Shown piece by piece: positions 12,425 through 24,500 of a stretch of 64,000 nucleotides of DNA. The notes under the pieces are model-generated. The model searched no databases. It had not been told where the DNA came from and saw nothing but the letters and a program-made list of their open reading frames with translations. The stretch's first letter is position 1; each line of letters starts with the position of its first letter. This DNA is from Camelus dromedarius (Eukaryota). The translations under genes and the position numbers were made by a program. The stretch lies in contig NC_087438.1 of assembly GCF_036321535.1 (NCBI RefSeq), forward strand, positions 3,288,001-3,352,000. The letters run 5' to 3'.

Positions 12425-12496
12425 CTGTCACATAGTCTCTCCCGCAGGTGCCACCTGTTCCAGCAGCACCAAGGGTCAAGGGACACCTGGGAGCAC
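12425..12496 (-). other. Candidate exon (72 nt)
   Basis: ctgtccccacttccatatgcag|GTGCTC...GTGACAG|gtaagt (perfect donor). Confidence 0.35.
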
Positions 12497-13461
12497 CTGC
12501 ATATGGAAGTGGGGACAGCTGGGACCACCAGCCAGGCCTTCTGGCTCTGGCCCCACCCCCAGCAGGGTTAACGGCGCCCGGGCTCCCTCACACAGATGTT
12601 CTTGCGGTTGCCCTGGGGAGGTGCAGGGTCTAGCACAGAAGTGGTGGTGGCAGGCACGGCAGGGACATGGCTAAATGTTCCAGCCGTGACCTCAAGGGCA
12701 GACTCCAGAGGCTCCCACATGACTTGCAAAAGCAGGAGAGAACACGAGGGAGACACAAATTGGAAACTCCACAAATAAATGCTAGAAAGAGCCTCAGAAG
12801 CAGCAGCAGGAGGTGGATGGTTCCCGGGCTGGCGGCCAGGAAAGCACGTCTAAGCCCAGGTGTTCTAATGGCATCCAGGAGCCGTTTTAATCAGGGACCA
12901 GGAGATGCCCACACAGGGAGACGACTGTGGCCTGGGGTGCGGGAGACGGCCGGAGGGAGTGGCTGGGGCGTGGGCTCTGGGCTGCGTGGCTTGTGCATGA
13001 AAGGCATGTTCAGGTGCCCCTTGTTTACTGTCTCCTCCTAGAGGTGACTCTGGGGGGTTAGTTGGCTGACTCCAGCACTGGGAGGAGAAGCTCCTCCAGG
13101 ACCATGAAGGCCCCAAGATGTCAAAGCTTCAGAATTCAGCAAATGAAAGGCAGAAGTTGTGTGGAGGCAGCGGTGGGAGACCCTGACGGGTGCCCCGTCT
13201 CACATCTGCAGGTCCCCAGCCCGGCCCGGGCAGCAGGCAGGCACTGGGGGAGTCTGTTTCTGAGCACAAGGGCTGGGCTTCCCAGCTCTGAGGACAATCA
13301 TGGGACAGAGCTGACCCCCGGGAGAAGATGCCTGTGTCCCTTCAGAAGTGAGAGCTAAGGGGGGGGTCACTCACCAAGACAACAGAAAGTGCACCCCCAA
13401 ATAAGAGTCACCATGAATAAAGGAATCAGTTAAAAAAAAATGTCTCTGAGTGCCGTCCTGT

Positions 13462-13955
13462 TGTCACCCAGCACGGGCTTGCTGCCGGCCGTACGTAGAA
13501 GCCAACACTACGGCACCAGCTTCCGAGGAAAGAAAGAACGTTATTGCGAGGTCAGCTGACCAGAGGACAGGAGGGAGGGCTCAACGCCGTCTCCCCGGCC
13601 TGGGGTCCGGTCCACCTTGCATGACGTGGGAAGGGCAGGCTGCCGTGAGGAAGCGCTCGTGGGGCAGCTTTCAACTGGAGGGCTTCAAACTTGGCCGTTT
13701 ATGGTAAGGTATGGAATGGTGGACTCAGCACCAGATCTTCCTGGACAAAGGGGCCCTCCCTTCTGGTCACGTCCTGGTCCTTTGGTTCCACGAGGTGAGG
13801 GGAACCTTTGGTTCCAGATGTTGGAGGTAAAAATTTTCTCCTCTGTGCATGCTTCAGCAGGAAGACTTGCAGGTTTGCTCTGTCCCCTCTGGAAAACATC
13901 TCAGCATCTTGTTAGAAGCGGGATGAGGCCAGTTTGGGTTGGTTCTGAGGTTACA
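13462..13955 (-). mobile_element. Solo ERV LTR (artiodactyl/camelid type)
   Basis: TG...CA termini (tgtcacc...gaggttaca), about 490 bp. The U5-like end gggcttgctgcc...gtagaagccaacactacggcacc...gaaagaacgttattgcgaggtc contains a degenerate reverse polyA signal. No clear TSD. Confidence 0.6.
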
Positions 13956-14479
13956 AAGCGCCTAACAGTCGTCCAGGCGCTCCCGGGGGGAAGATGCAAA
14001 AGAGGAAGGAAGACGTTATTTATTTCCACCTCGACGGCATGCATGACCCAGCTGTCAGGATAAGAGATGGATCAATACGAAGAAAACAAGAGCAGCAGTG
14101 GTTGAGTTTTGTGTCTCTGCCTCCTTTTCCCTGATGGCAATGCGCATGGGAATCAGTGCCAACCATGCTGCCCAGGGACTCGTATTTTTCACGCCAGCTC
14201 CCACAGGTTCATGCACACAAGAGAACCCGGAGACAGGCTTACAAACAGCCACAGCATCAAAGCCCGCACCCGAGAGATCAGGTTCCCTGCGTTTCCCCTC
14301 ACGTCAGTGCTTCAGAGGGTGGACAAAGCCAGCATGCTCCGCCTTCTCCTGTTAGTGGACATTGGGTTACCTCCTGTTATTCATGACCACAGATCCTGCT
14401 GCAGCTCATTCTATGAATGATTGATTGTATGTGTGAGACTCTGAGAAACAGTCCTTGATGCGGAACCATTAGCAAAAGC

Positions 14480-15245
14480 CTGGGTACGTGTAAAGTTTGG
14501 TAACGATGAATAATCCTCCAGAGACTGATCGTTTCTACTCAGGGCGAAAGCACGTGGCAGTTTCACTCGTCCTTCTCTCTCTGGATCTTGTCAACATTCA
14601 AGCTTGCCGAATCTTACCACGTGGGCAGTGGCGGCTCTTCGCATCCCCTGGGTCTCCCTGAGTATCAAGGAAGGAGCCTCGCTTTGCCTATGAGCTGGCT
14701 CTGTCCCTTCCGTTTCTCTGTGCTGTGCGGTTTCAGCCTCCCGCCTGTCTTTCCTCTGGGCTTTGATGTCTCCCTGCCTGGTTTGCTAGGTCGCTTTTTA
14801 TTTTATGGACATCGGGGAAAACCATTTTCTGTAGGATACTGATCAAAATTCCCAGCCTTTATTTCCGTTGTCTTCTTGATGGCTTCTTTATTTTATTTCT
14901 TCCCAAGAAAAGCCATCTGTGCTCCAAGATCATAAACTACGGGCAACATTTTCTCATTTGTAATTTTGTTTTCTTGTATTCAGATCTTTAAACCATGTAG
15001 AATTTGTTTCTCTGCATGGTGTGAGGAAGGCATTTAAATTAGCTTATTTCTTCGAGACTGTTTTCCAGCACTGATTATTCAATAGTCTGTTCTCTTCACA
15101 TTTAGCTGGACTGCACCTTCTTCACATACAGAGGCGGGGGTATCCGTGGCCTCCAAGGGTCCCTGTCTCTTTGGTATATTTGTCTCTTCCAAAATAGTGC
15201 CATGTTGTTAATTGACTAGTCTTACACAAATTATTTAATAGAAAT
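14480..15245 (-). mobile_element. Ancient L1 (L1ME-like) ORF2 fragment
   Basis: T-rich segment with ttcagatctttaaaccatgtagaatttg...tggtgtgagg...ccagcactgattattcaatagtctgttc, typical antisense L1 ORF2. Confidence 0.6.
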
Positions 15246-15349
15246 ATAAGCTGTTTCTACTCCCTCAGAAATTATTTCTAGGATTTACAATCTATAAAGT
15301 AAATATGATTTTATTTTTGTTGACAAGGGGAAGATGTTCGCTTTTTCAC

Positions 15350-15460
15350 ATCCTGTGTGACTTCAGTTAAGATCCTCCACCTACTTCATGAAGCTCTGTA
15401 AGGATTAAATGAGCAAACACATCGAAAGGTTTAGCAAAACGCATAGCACATAACAAGTAA
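15350..15460 (+). mobile_element. MIR 3' fragment
   Basis: cctacttcatgaagctctgtaaggattaaatgag...ggtttagca...agcacataacaagt. Confidence 0.55.
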
Positions 15461-17560
15461 GTAAGTATGACGGTGTCTGGGGACCATTAGATCGGCCAGG
15501 GTCTGTGTGTTTATTTGGTGGGTTTTGGTTTTTCATTGTTATTGGGATCTGCTTCTCCCCCTCGATTATCCTGTGTTATCATATTCTTCTGAGGTTCTGG
15601 TTGGTGGTAAAGGCCTGGTGGATAGGGCTCTGGCTGCCCCAGTAGCTTCCCACCGCCGGCCTCTGCGGCTGCATTCCTGTGGTCCCCTGGGGAGCCGGGT
15701 GGGGCATGGGGGCTGGGGTCCCTCCAGCTGGACGAAGGGAGCACGGGCCCCTCCCACGCAGGAGGAGATGCAAATTCCTCACCTGCCCCGGATACCACAT
15801 CACACGCCCCTCTGCAGGCAGGCCCCCCGGAGTCCTGCAGGGTGCAGAGCAGATGGTCTTCTGGGCTTCTCTCCAGGCTGGCGAGGTCTCAGCGCTCAGA
15901 TCTCTTCCAGGTCATCCTGGGAACTCTCCCAGGTCTTTGCGGAGTGCTGCCCGTACCTGTAGTCCTTGCTCCCCTTTCTCCTTCACTTCTTTCTTTGATA
16001 TCTTTTATTCCCAGGGCCTCCCCAGAATCCCTGATTCTGCCTCCCATTTCTTCATTCCAAGCAGTAGAGATGGAGTTCCACCCTCCTCTGCAATGCGAGG
16101 GTCCCAGGGCCACACCCCAGCAGCTGCTACCACTAGAATTTTCTGTGGCAAGTGGACGCCAGGTGTGTGTGCTGGTCTCAGTCTCCTGACCTGGACCAGG
16201 ACCAAGGCTGGGGAGGGAGGGGGCTCGGGGAGAGGGGAGGCAGGAGGGGACTCTTCCTCCCAGAACACAGCTCTCCATCTCACACGATATCTAAAATACA
16301 GTGTGTCTCTCCTCTTCAAGGATGGATTTTTGTAGAAGAGGAGATAAGGTAACCCTCTTTCTAATCTCAAGTGTGCCAACACATGTTGGGTCAGATGCTA
16401 CAGCTTTATTAGAGCGCTGCCCACTCCCCATTGCCACTAGTCACCCCACAAGGTGAGACCCTTTTCCATGAGACCCTAGATGGTTCCCCATCTCCCGGTG
16501 GCAGAAACCTCAGTGAGCCCCTCCCTCAGTAACAGCTTGAGTCCCCCAGCCTCTCGACCAATACTTCATCCAGAAATCCTTTATTTCTCACCGTCAGCAT
16601 GATTTATTTCTTTTGGCTCTGCATAATCTGATTGAAAAGTCATTTTTTTTTCTTGAGGAATAATTTGAACCTCTCTATTGTACTGTTTATACTCTGACTT
16701 CTGAAAGGCCAGGAGCCAGAACAGCACTGTTAGTATCATATCCCCAGGTCCCAAACTGCAGACCCATCTCAAAGAGTTCCCGGAGAGGAATAACACTGCT
16801 CGACTCCAAAACACATACTCGGGTATTTTTCATCTACTTAATGAAGAAATGACAAACGTGTCTGAGCATCACAAGCTCGAATTTCATGAGATGGTCAGGA
16901 ATGTGCCAAAGGGGCCAGCATCTTAGACCCAGCCACCATGACACCAGGTCCTGCCACTGAAAACATAAACACTCTGTCACAAAGAGCAATGTATTTGGCT
17001 TGAAGAGGTGCTGCTCTGCAAAACAATTTAATCTGCAAGGAGTAAGTCAAAAACTCATTTTAGTCACTTGTCATAAATTCAATACAGACTTGTGATAAAT
17101 TGCTAAGCTGCCTTTTTCATCATCACTCAAAGCCCTCTGTTACTTGATTTCTCTTAGAATACATCACCTATTAATTTCTTATTATCACAACAACTATGTG
17201 GTTTCTACGCCCTCTCTAGCTCCTTCTTAGTGGATGCTCTGGGGAACCCCAGGCAAGTGGCCCAGAGCAGAGGGTGGAAGGGGAGATTCCCAGAGGGGGG
17301 ATAGATTCCCGTAATGAACAAAATCAGGGCCCCTGACACGGACTCCTCAGGCCTAGACAGTCCCCGCTGAGTGCGACAATTAGGTAGTGACTGTGTTACC
17401 GAGATCTTAAACACTTGGAATCCTCACCTCCGCTGGCTCTGAACTGCAGTGCACTCAGTCACACAGAGGCGCTTCAGTCCAGAAATGATGGTAACGTGAA
17501 CAGAAGAGAAGCTGTGATGCTGTCACAGAAGTCTACAACTCCGCTAAAAATTCTGGGTTC

Positions 17561-17675
17561 CTTTAATGAAAAAGGATATGAAAATGAATATATGTATGCA
17601 TATGGATGGCTGGGACATTGTGCTGTACACCAGAAATTGACATGTTGTAATGGACGGTACTTCAATTTAAAAAAA
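17561..17675 (+). mobile_element. Very short 5'-truncated camelid L1 3' end with polyA and TSD
   Basis: gaaaaaggatatgaaaatgaatatatgtatg...tgtgctgtacaccagaaattgaca...cttcaatttaaaaaaaaaa. TSD aaaaattctgggttc (17546-17560) / aaaaaatcttggttc (17673-17687). Confidence 0.85.
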
Positions 17676-19505
17676 AAATCTTGGTTCGTGTGAAAGGGTT
17701 AAATTGGTGCAGTTGGAGGCTGGGCTCCGTCAGGTGGCGTGGGCTGTGAGACTGAACACATATCATTCTTGTATTCACAGGGTTTGGTTTACAGGTGGTG
17801 CACATCCAACCCAAACAGCTTATGTCAAAGGGGCCCTGGGCTCCAGAACCCCAGGGGTGCTGGGAAGGGCAAAGATGCGACTGGGCTTCGAGGGCAGGCT
17901 AGGACTTGAAATTAGAGAGTTGTCTTGGTTCTTTCTGCTGCTAGATTTATGTTTTACAAACACGACTGCTCAGAGTTCCCCAGCCTTTGGGCAACTCGTG
18001 CTAGAGTGAGCTGGCAGCCCCCCCTCTCCCCCAGGTCCTTACCTCCCCGGGAGCTGCTCCTTGGCACCTCCTGTTCAGGAATCAGCCCGCATGAATGGAA
18101 TGGGCTGGGGACAAGGGAGGAGAGGAAGGGTGAGGCGTTACGGCTGACTTAGGTGGGTCCACGGCGGGCCTACTCCTGGACCAAGTGTCAGTGGTGATGT
18201 GGACAGATCGGGTCCCATGGCTCTTCCTAGAACAGGCATTCCAGACAAAGAAGAATCACTGAGCTGCACAAAGCAATAAGGCCTGAGAAACATTTGATGG
18301 ATTCTGTGACTCACAAACTCTTTCTCATACTTTCTTATTTGATCACCACACTGTGTAATGCAGGGTTTTTATTTTCCTCTTTTTAGAGATAGAGAGACTG
18401 AGACTTGATTAAAAATCCAGATGCTTGGATTACACATTTCAAAAAGTTTTATTTTATTAAAAAAGGCATTAAGTGAAACCATGTTTTGTGTCTGAACAAT
18501 GAGGGGAGGGAGGAGCCCACAGAGCAGGGGTTGTGAGAGTCTGCAGGGTCCGAGCCTCGTGGCAGGAACAGAAGGTCCGCCTTCCTGTAACTCAGCACGG
18601 GCTTCCTGCTGAGGTCCAAAGAGTGCAGAGGGAGCCCTGTCACCTCGGGATGGCATGGGATGTGTTTTATGGAAGAAGCTGAACACGTTTGTCATCAGAT
18701 AAGCATCCTGACTTAGCTAATTTAGGAAAACCTATGCATCAGGGGCAGAGCAACAGCATCGGCGAGGCCGGCGCCCACCACGTGGCAGGTGGACGGAGGA
18801 ACCGGTCAGTCCAGCACCAGCTGCAGCATGGAGGGTGGGAGCCAGGCCGCCCAGGAGGAGCAGGTGGGCGACTGGGTGCAGCAGCCAAGTGGTGACATTC
18901 CCAGAGGATGCGCTTTTCTGATGAGTTTGCAGCCCTTCCTGGGACCACCACCATCGCCATTCCTTCCCAGGCACGGGAACGCAGGCGGGCTAACTCCGGA
19001 CACGTCTCAGCAGATCTGCAGCAAGGGCCACAGGGCTGGGGAGCGTCTGACCTTAGAGCAGAGCTCGACCCGCGGGGCCGGGCGAGGGGATGCTCTTCCA
19101 ATGGCCCATCCTAAGAGACCAAGCTTTGTGCTGTCCTCCTTCTAGAAACAGGGGCCTGGAGAGACAAGCAAAGATCCTAACTCGTCTCAAATCAGGTCTT
19201 CCTTCCTATCGCTAGATTTGGCTGCAAGCTTCCTGGAGGCAGACGCTGTGTTGTGTTTTCCTTTGTGTGGAACGGGCCTGCGCGATGGTTGAGAGATGCC
19301 CCTGGGGGGCTTACACACCAGTGCAAGTATAATAACCAGCAGCCCAGCATAGTGTGTGGCTGAACAAGGCAGAGACTAGGTCCCTCTTCACACTGACGGT
19401 TAAACATTCTGGGGCATCGTCTCTGAGACGCAGCTCCAAACTCTAGAAAAAGAGGTTGAGACACCACCACCCAGGTGGCATCCAGGATGCCCAGTGGGGA
19501 AGGGG

Positions 19506-19863
19506 TGCCGTGATCTGCTCAGGCTGCATGACAAAGCACCGCAGGCGGAGCGGCTTGAGCACAGACATTCACTTCTCACGGTTCTGGAGGCTAGAAGTCC
19601 AAGATCAGGCACCGGCAGGCCTGGTTTCTCCTGAGGCCTCCGTCCTCGGCTTGCCGACACTGCTTCCCCGCTGTGTCCTCCACGGCCTTTTCTCTGTGCA
19701 CACACATCCCCGCGGCTTCTTCCTCTCGCGGACACAGTCAGACTGGAGCAGTCTCCTCATGGCCTCAGTCAACTGTGACCACCTCTTGCAAGACTCTTGC
19801 AACACAGTCACACCACGGGTGAGGACTTCATTATATGAATTATGGAGGACATGACTCTGTAAC
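19506..19863 (-). mobile_element. MaLR LTR, MLT1B-like
   Basis: ttctcacggttctggaggctagaagtccaagatc...tggtttctcctgaggcctc...gaggacttcattatatgaatt. Confidence 0.85.
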
Positions 19864-20399
19864 GAGGAGTGAAGACTTCAGTCGCTGGTAGTTTTTCCTG
19901 GCGCTGTAAGTACAGAGAAGCCCTCTTCAGGGAGTGCAGGCGTGACTGTCCCCTGAGAGCTGGCACTAGGATCAGCCTCTGCCCAAATCTCAGGGAGACA
20001 CACCCTGTCGCTCTTGTGGCCAAAGTCTGAAGCAGGGTCTGTGACGAGACCATTGGCAGCAGGGGCCCGGGCCTGACCCAACGGCGACCCTTCTCCTCGG
20101 AGCAACGAGGTCTGTTTCCTCCTATTGAAAGTTTTGGTTTGAAGCCTTTAAAATATTTTGTTGATGTCACCGCTTTCATAGCGTATTTCGATAAATTCTT
20201 GAATTTAATATTTGATTAATCTAGCAAATCATGGCAATTTCTAGCAATAAAAAATAACCATCACAGGCTTTTTAGTGCAGCTCCGGGCACTTTCTGCCAA
20301 AATCAAGATGACAGTGACCTCCTTCTCTGTGATGCACACTTGGAATTTGCTCAGCGCTGGCAGCCACTTTGTGAGGAGGAGCAGGAGGGCGAGGGGTGG

Positions 20400-21040
20400 T
20401 TGTCGTGACGAGATCCCCACAGGGTCTCAAACCCCTGGCTCGTGCACAGCATGGCGCGGCCCAGGAGCCCGAGCGTGGAGAAGTGAGGGGCTGGGCCATG
20501 TGCCGCTGTCCTTCAGACAGAAAGGGCGAGTCTGCTACAGAGCTGGCTGCGGCCGACCAAATGCCTGCACCCCTTCTAGTGCAGGGGCCTGACGTTAAGC
20601 TTTTAAGTGCTGACGCATCCTTTTCAAAGACCGCCATCTCGAATAAACGTATTTCCAGCCACATTATGTTGCTGCCAGCAGAACGGCCAGATAAAGGTCA
20701 ACCCTCTCCACCCATGAGGCACCCCCTTTCAGAAAGCCCTGTTCAGCCTACACAACCGGCCATCTGAGCGACCCCTCTTCTCCTTCCCCACACCCTAATT
20801 CCTGCTCTTATTTTTTTTAATTCACTCATAAACAGTGAACTCACAAAACCCTAAGCACCCCACCCTTGACCCCAACAGAGGCAGAGCCCAAGGCTGGCAA
20901 TATATCTCTCTGCCTGTCTGTCTCTCTGCCTCTCCCTCCCTGTGACCTCGATGCAGGGCCCTGGGTGTGCCCTGCACCCTCCAGGACCGCGAGCAATAAA
21001 TCTCGTTTCTCATGGCTCCCTGATGGTTTTTGCTGAAGTG
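20400..21040 (+). mobile_element. Probable ERV LTR (family uncertain; 5' boundary approximate)
   Basis: LTR-like R/U5 organisation: CT-rich stretch, then ctccaggaccgcgagcAATAAA (20995-21000) tctcgtttctc...gctgaagtg. Confidence 0.45.
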
Positions 21041-21294
21041 TATGCTGGAGACAGGACCTCTGGGACGTGCCTGGGGTCAGATGTGGTCATGAGGGCCAGG
21101 CCCAGCAGGAGTCTCGTCCTCTGTCTCTCCACGCTGTGCACTGAGAAAGGCCACACGAGGACACAGCGAGAAGCCAGGACCGCGCCTCACCCTGACCGCG
21201 GGCTCCCGGCGGCAGAACCCGGGGAAAGGGCGCGTCTGCCGTGCGGGCTGCCGCGTCTGCGCCGCTCTGCGCCGGCAGCGAGCGGGTTACCGCA
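21040..21294 (+). mobile_element. MLT1A-like MaLR LTR remnant with strongly GC-shifted 3' end
   Basis: ggagacaggacctctggga...cagatgtggtcatgagggc...gcactgagaaaggccacacgaggacacagcgagaag matches MLT1A; the 3' end has become CpG-rich. Confidence 0.65.
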
Positions 21295-21488
21295 GCCGCT
21301 GACAGGGCTGCCCCCGTTGCTCGTTTCTGCTGAGTCTGCAAAACGGAAACGCGCACTACTTGTAGCCACAGGGACCTTGCTCTTATCCATTCAGGTATTA
21401 CGAAGTGTCACCCCCAGCACCGCCAGACACAGACCTGAAGGGGGTGCGCCAGTGGCGGCGTTCTTGACAGACGTGAGGGCCCCGCCAG

Positions 21489-21502
21489 CCTCCAGGTGGC
21501 GC
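21489..21502 (+). promoter_or_regulatory. Strong candidate CTCF site
   Basis: gCCTCCAGGTGGCGCtg, a near-consensus CTCF core. Confidence 0.55.
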
Positions 21503-24500
21503 TGTGCTTTACAAACGCGGAGACAGAAGTGAGCGCTCTGAGCAGGAGAAGTTGTCAAGTTCGAATTTTACTCTAAAAAGTTGATCTACATCTTCTAGTG
21601 TTTAGTGATTTTTTTTAATGTATAAATCAAGAAGAATTCATGAGCTTCTAAAAGAGCTTTGGCTGATATGGTGAAATGATCCAGAATTCTAGTTGATCCC
21701 AGAAATCTCGGGTCTGTTTTACTATTTCTAGGGCATAATCTGCAACAGTTTTCAGAAATAGAGCTCTTCTCCCAAAGAGCTCGGTGGCCTTCCCCAAACC
21801 AAAAATCATTAACTAAACACGAAGGACTTCTAAATAATGCAGTGAATGAAATCAATGGTTGTATGTATTTCTCAAATTTCTACAAACCCCTGCTTTAATC
21901 AGAATGTAGATCTACGCTTTGGATCTGTGCTTAAGAGCCATTATAGTCTCCTTTGAAGCTCGTTATTAAGTCGACAAGCTTCCCCTTCACTTTGTCATTT
22001 TTAATCACAATTCTGGCCAACAGAAGAGTTAGACCATTTGGACTCCACCGCTCTTTTCATTAAATTCAGTGCAAAATTGCATCATTTTCTAAAATGTTGT
22101 CAGAGTAACACAGTTTTCCTCAATGTGAACAAATATGACTTTTTAAAAGGAAAATAATTTCACGTGTATCTTTTAGTAAAACAGTTTGGGAAACACTGAG
22201 TTAAGATCTCCCTCCACTTCTTTTCAAGTTCTGAATTTCTGGAACCCACTAGTGATGCCCCTTGTGCACCTGCAAGACGGAAGGTGCTCGGCGTTTCCCA
22301 GACCTCCTCTGGGCCGTGGGCTGGGACGCTGGCTGTGATCAGAGGCTGCAGGCGGCCTCTTCTTGGCTTTGCGTGTCAGTATCAACAGAAGCGTGGGGCA
22401 CTCACCCACATGTCAAAATTCCCTGAGAGGGAAGGGTTTAAAACGCTGCCTCAACTGATAAATAGGAGTGGATGAAAAAAGTCAAGGGTCCTTTGGTTTA
22501 GCAATAAAAGTAAATATACTGGGAATAAGCAAAGATATGCATTTTGATTTAACAAAGAAAGTGTACATTGAATTTCATGCCTGAGTAATGGAGAAAAAAC
22601 ATCCTAATAATCTGTGGCAATGATCCATTAGGCTTAATTAGGCAGAAATACTTGTCGACTTGGAAACAGGATGATTCAGAAGACACAGAGCCAATAAATC
22701 ATGTTAATTGTCACATGGGGGTGACTGACAACCGCAGTTCTGGTCCCAAGTAAAAGGACTGCTAGGTAAATTTTTTATATCCTGATAGTATTAATCAAAA
22801 TGCATTTTTACATTTCAAAATTCAGAAAACAAGGAAAAAAGGCTCATACCTCCGTGCAGTGTCCCTGGGGGTGTCTGGGAAACTCTTCCCTGTCGTTGCT
22901 CTCTGCTTTATAGTGTACACACACCATTAATTTTATTACTTACTTAAGGGGCTTTGTAACGCTTTCTAAAATTAAAATAAGGACTTTGTTTTCAGACTGT
23001 GCTGTTCATCTTGCTCATTACCACTAATGGACTTATAAAACAAATGCATTCCTAATGCCCATGCTTGGCCATCTGATTGCAACATGATCATTGAAAACAT
23101 ACTCTTGTGAGTGCCTTTTCTGTTTCCAGGTTATGGTACACACCCTGCCTATATGTTGTGACCTCAGAACCTGCACAGACCAACAGCCGTCCCAATGTGC
23201 AGGCGCTGAGGACAGACACAAGCGTAAGGACAAGAAAGCCTTCCATCCCACTCTTTAGTTGTGGTTCCTCTTATGTGTTGAACATGACTTTATCCCAACA
23301 GATGCAGATGGCGTTGTGGGCAGGAAACAGGGTTATTCCATTTGCGCCACAGGTATGAAGGGTGCTGCATGCTGCACACCAGTTCTGAGTGATGGAGCCC
23401 GTGACGTCAGCCCCACGTCAACACTCCCAATGGGGGATTCAATAGCTCCCACTCCCACCTTTCAGTGACACACTTTGACCCTTGCACGTTGTCTGCACGT
23501 GCAAATAGCCATGTGCTCAGATCCAGGACTGCAAAAGCGAAGAATCATGCTGCTCTACTTTGGAAAGACATTCACAGAGTATGTCCAACTGCCACTAAAT
23601 TCAGATGTCGTTTTGATTCAAAATCTTCTTCCTGTTAAAATGCCTCCCTTGATCTAAGCCTAAAGAAGAGAATGTAAAAAAGAAAAACAAAACAAAAAAA
23701 AAAAAAACAGGGCCATAAAAGTGTGGCCAGTCAAATCCTAAAAGACATCTCTCAGATGAAAAACAAAATAAAACAGTGACCAGAATTAAAAGTATCTCAG
23801 AAATGTATTTTTCTCTTAAAATCGAACTGACTTTAATCTTCTGGGAAAAAAAAAAAACAGTGAGCACAGATGGCACTGACTCATGCGGTGACATGAAAAT
23901 GTTCATGACTGTCGGGGGAGTGGGCTGTTCCTAGAGGAACGTCCTGCCCACTCAGATGCAGGCATTTGCTTTCAGATTTCAAAATGATTCCAAGAGTCAT
24001 GTCTAATTGCCTGCTACTTTAGGAGTAAATCACTGATACACTGATAGCCCTGATGGATCCATTTTACCTGATTAATCAAGTTGCTTGATGTGCCTCCAGT
24101 TGTTTGGATTCACAAGGGAGATTGGATTGCATGATGCACAACTTTTTTCATGCAGATTCCTCTAATTACCAAACTTTAATGCAGTTTCTGGTCAAAAATC
24201 ACAAACGTATTTGGTTTAACAAATGCTTCTTTCACGCCAAACAAAGCCCTGGAGGTATGCTCTCCGAGGGGGGGACGGTTTCTTCCTCGGCATTACCTAA
24301 TCTGATAAAGTGCAGCCAGATGAGTCGAAGTGAAAATCCAGATGCAGAAAAATACTTGAAAAGTTTCAGAGCACTTTATAAAATTCCTACCGGCCACCCT
24401 GTCATGCCGTGTCGTGGTGGGTTTGCCGGTGATTTAACATAAGCCGGCGATGGGATCAATGAAATCAAAAGAGCTGGTGCAGCTGTAGCTCCAGCGTCCA

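Noticed and set aside
15679..16335. Longest ORFs in the track (e.g. 218 aa here, 206 aa at 6484, 196 aa at 20942)
   Set aside because: Many start at non-ATG codons, are Pro/Ser/Gly/Arg-rich, overlap repeats and show no domain similarity.
16592..16627. 36-nt minus-strand micro-exon (DYAEPKEINHAD)
   Set aside because: Short, weak acceptor; such AG/GT pairs arise by chance.
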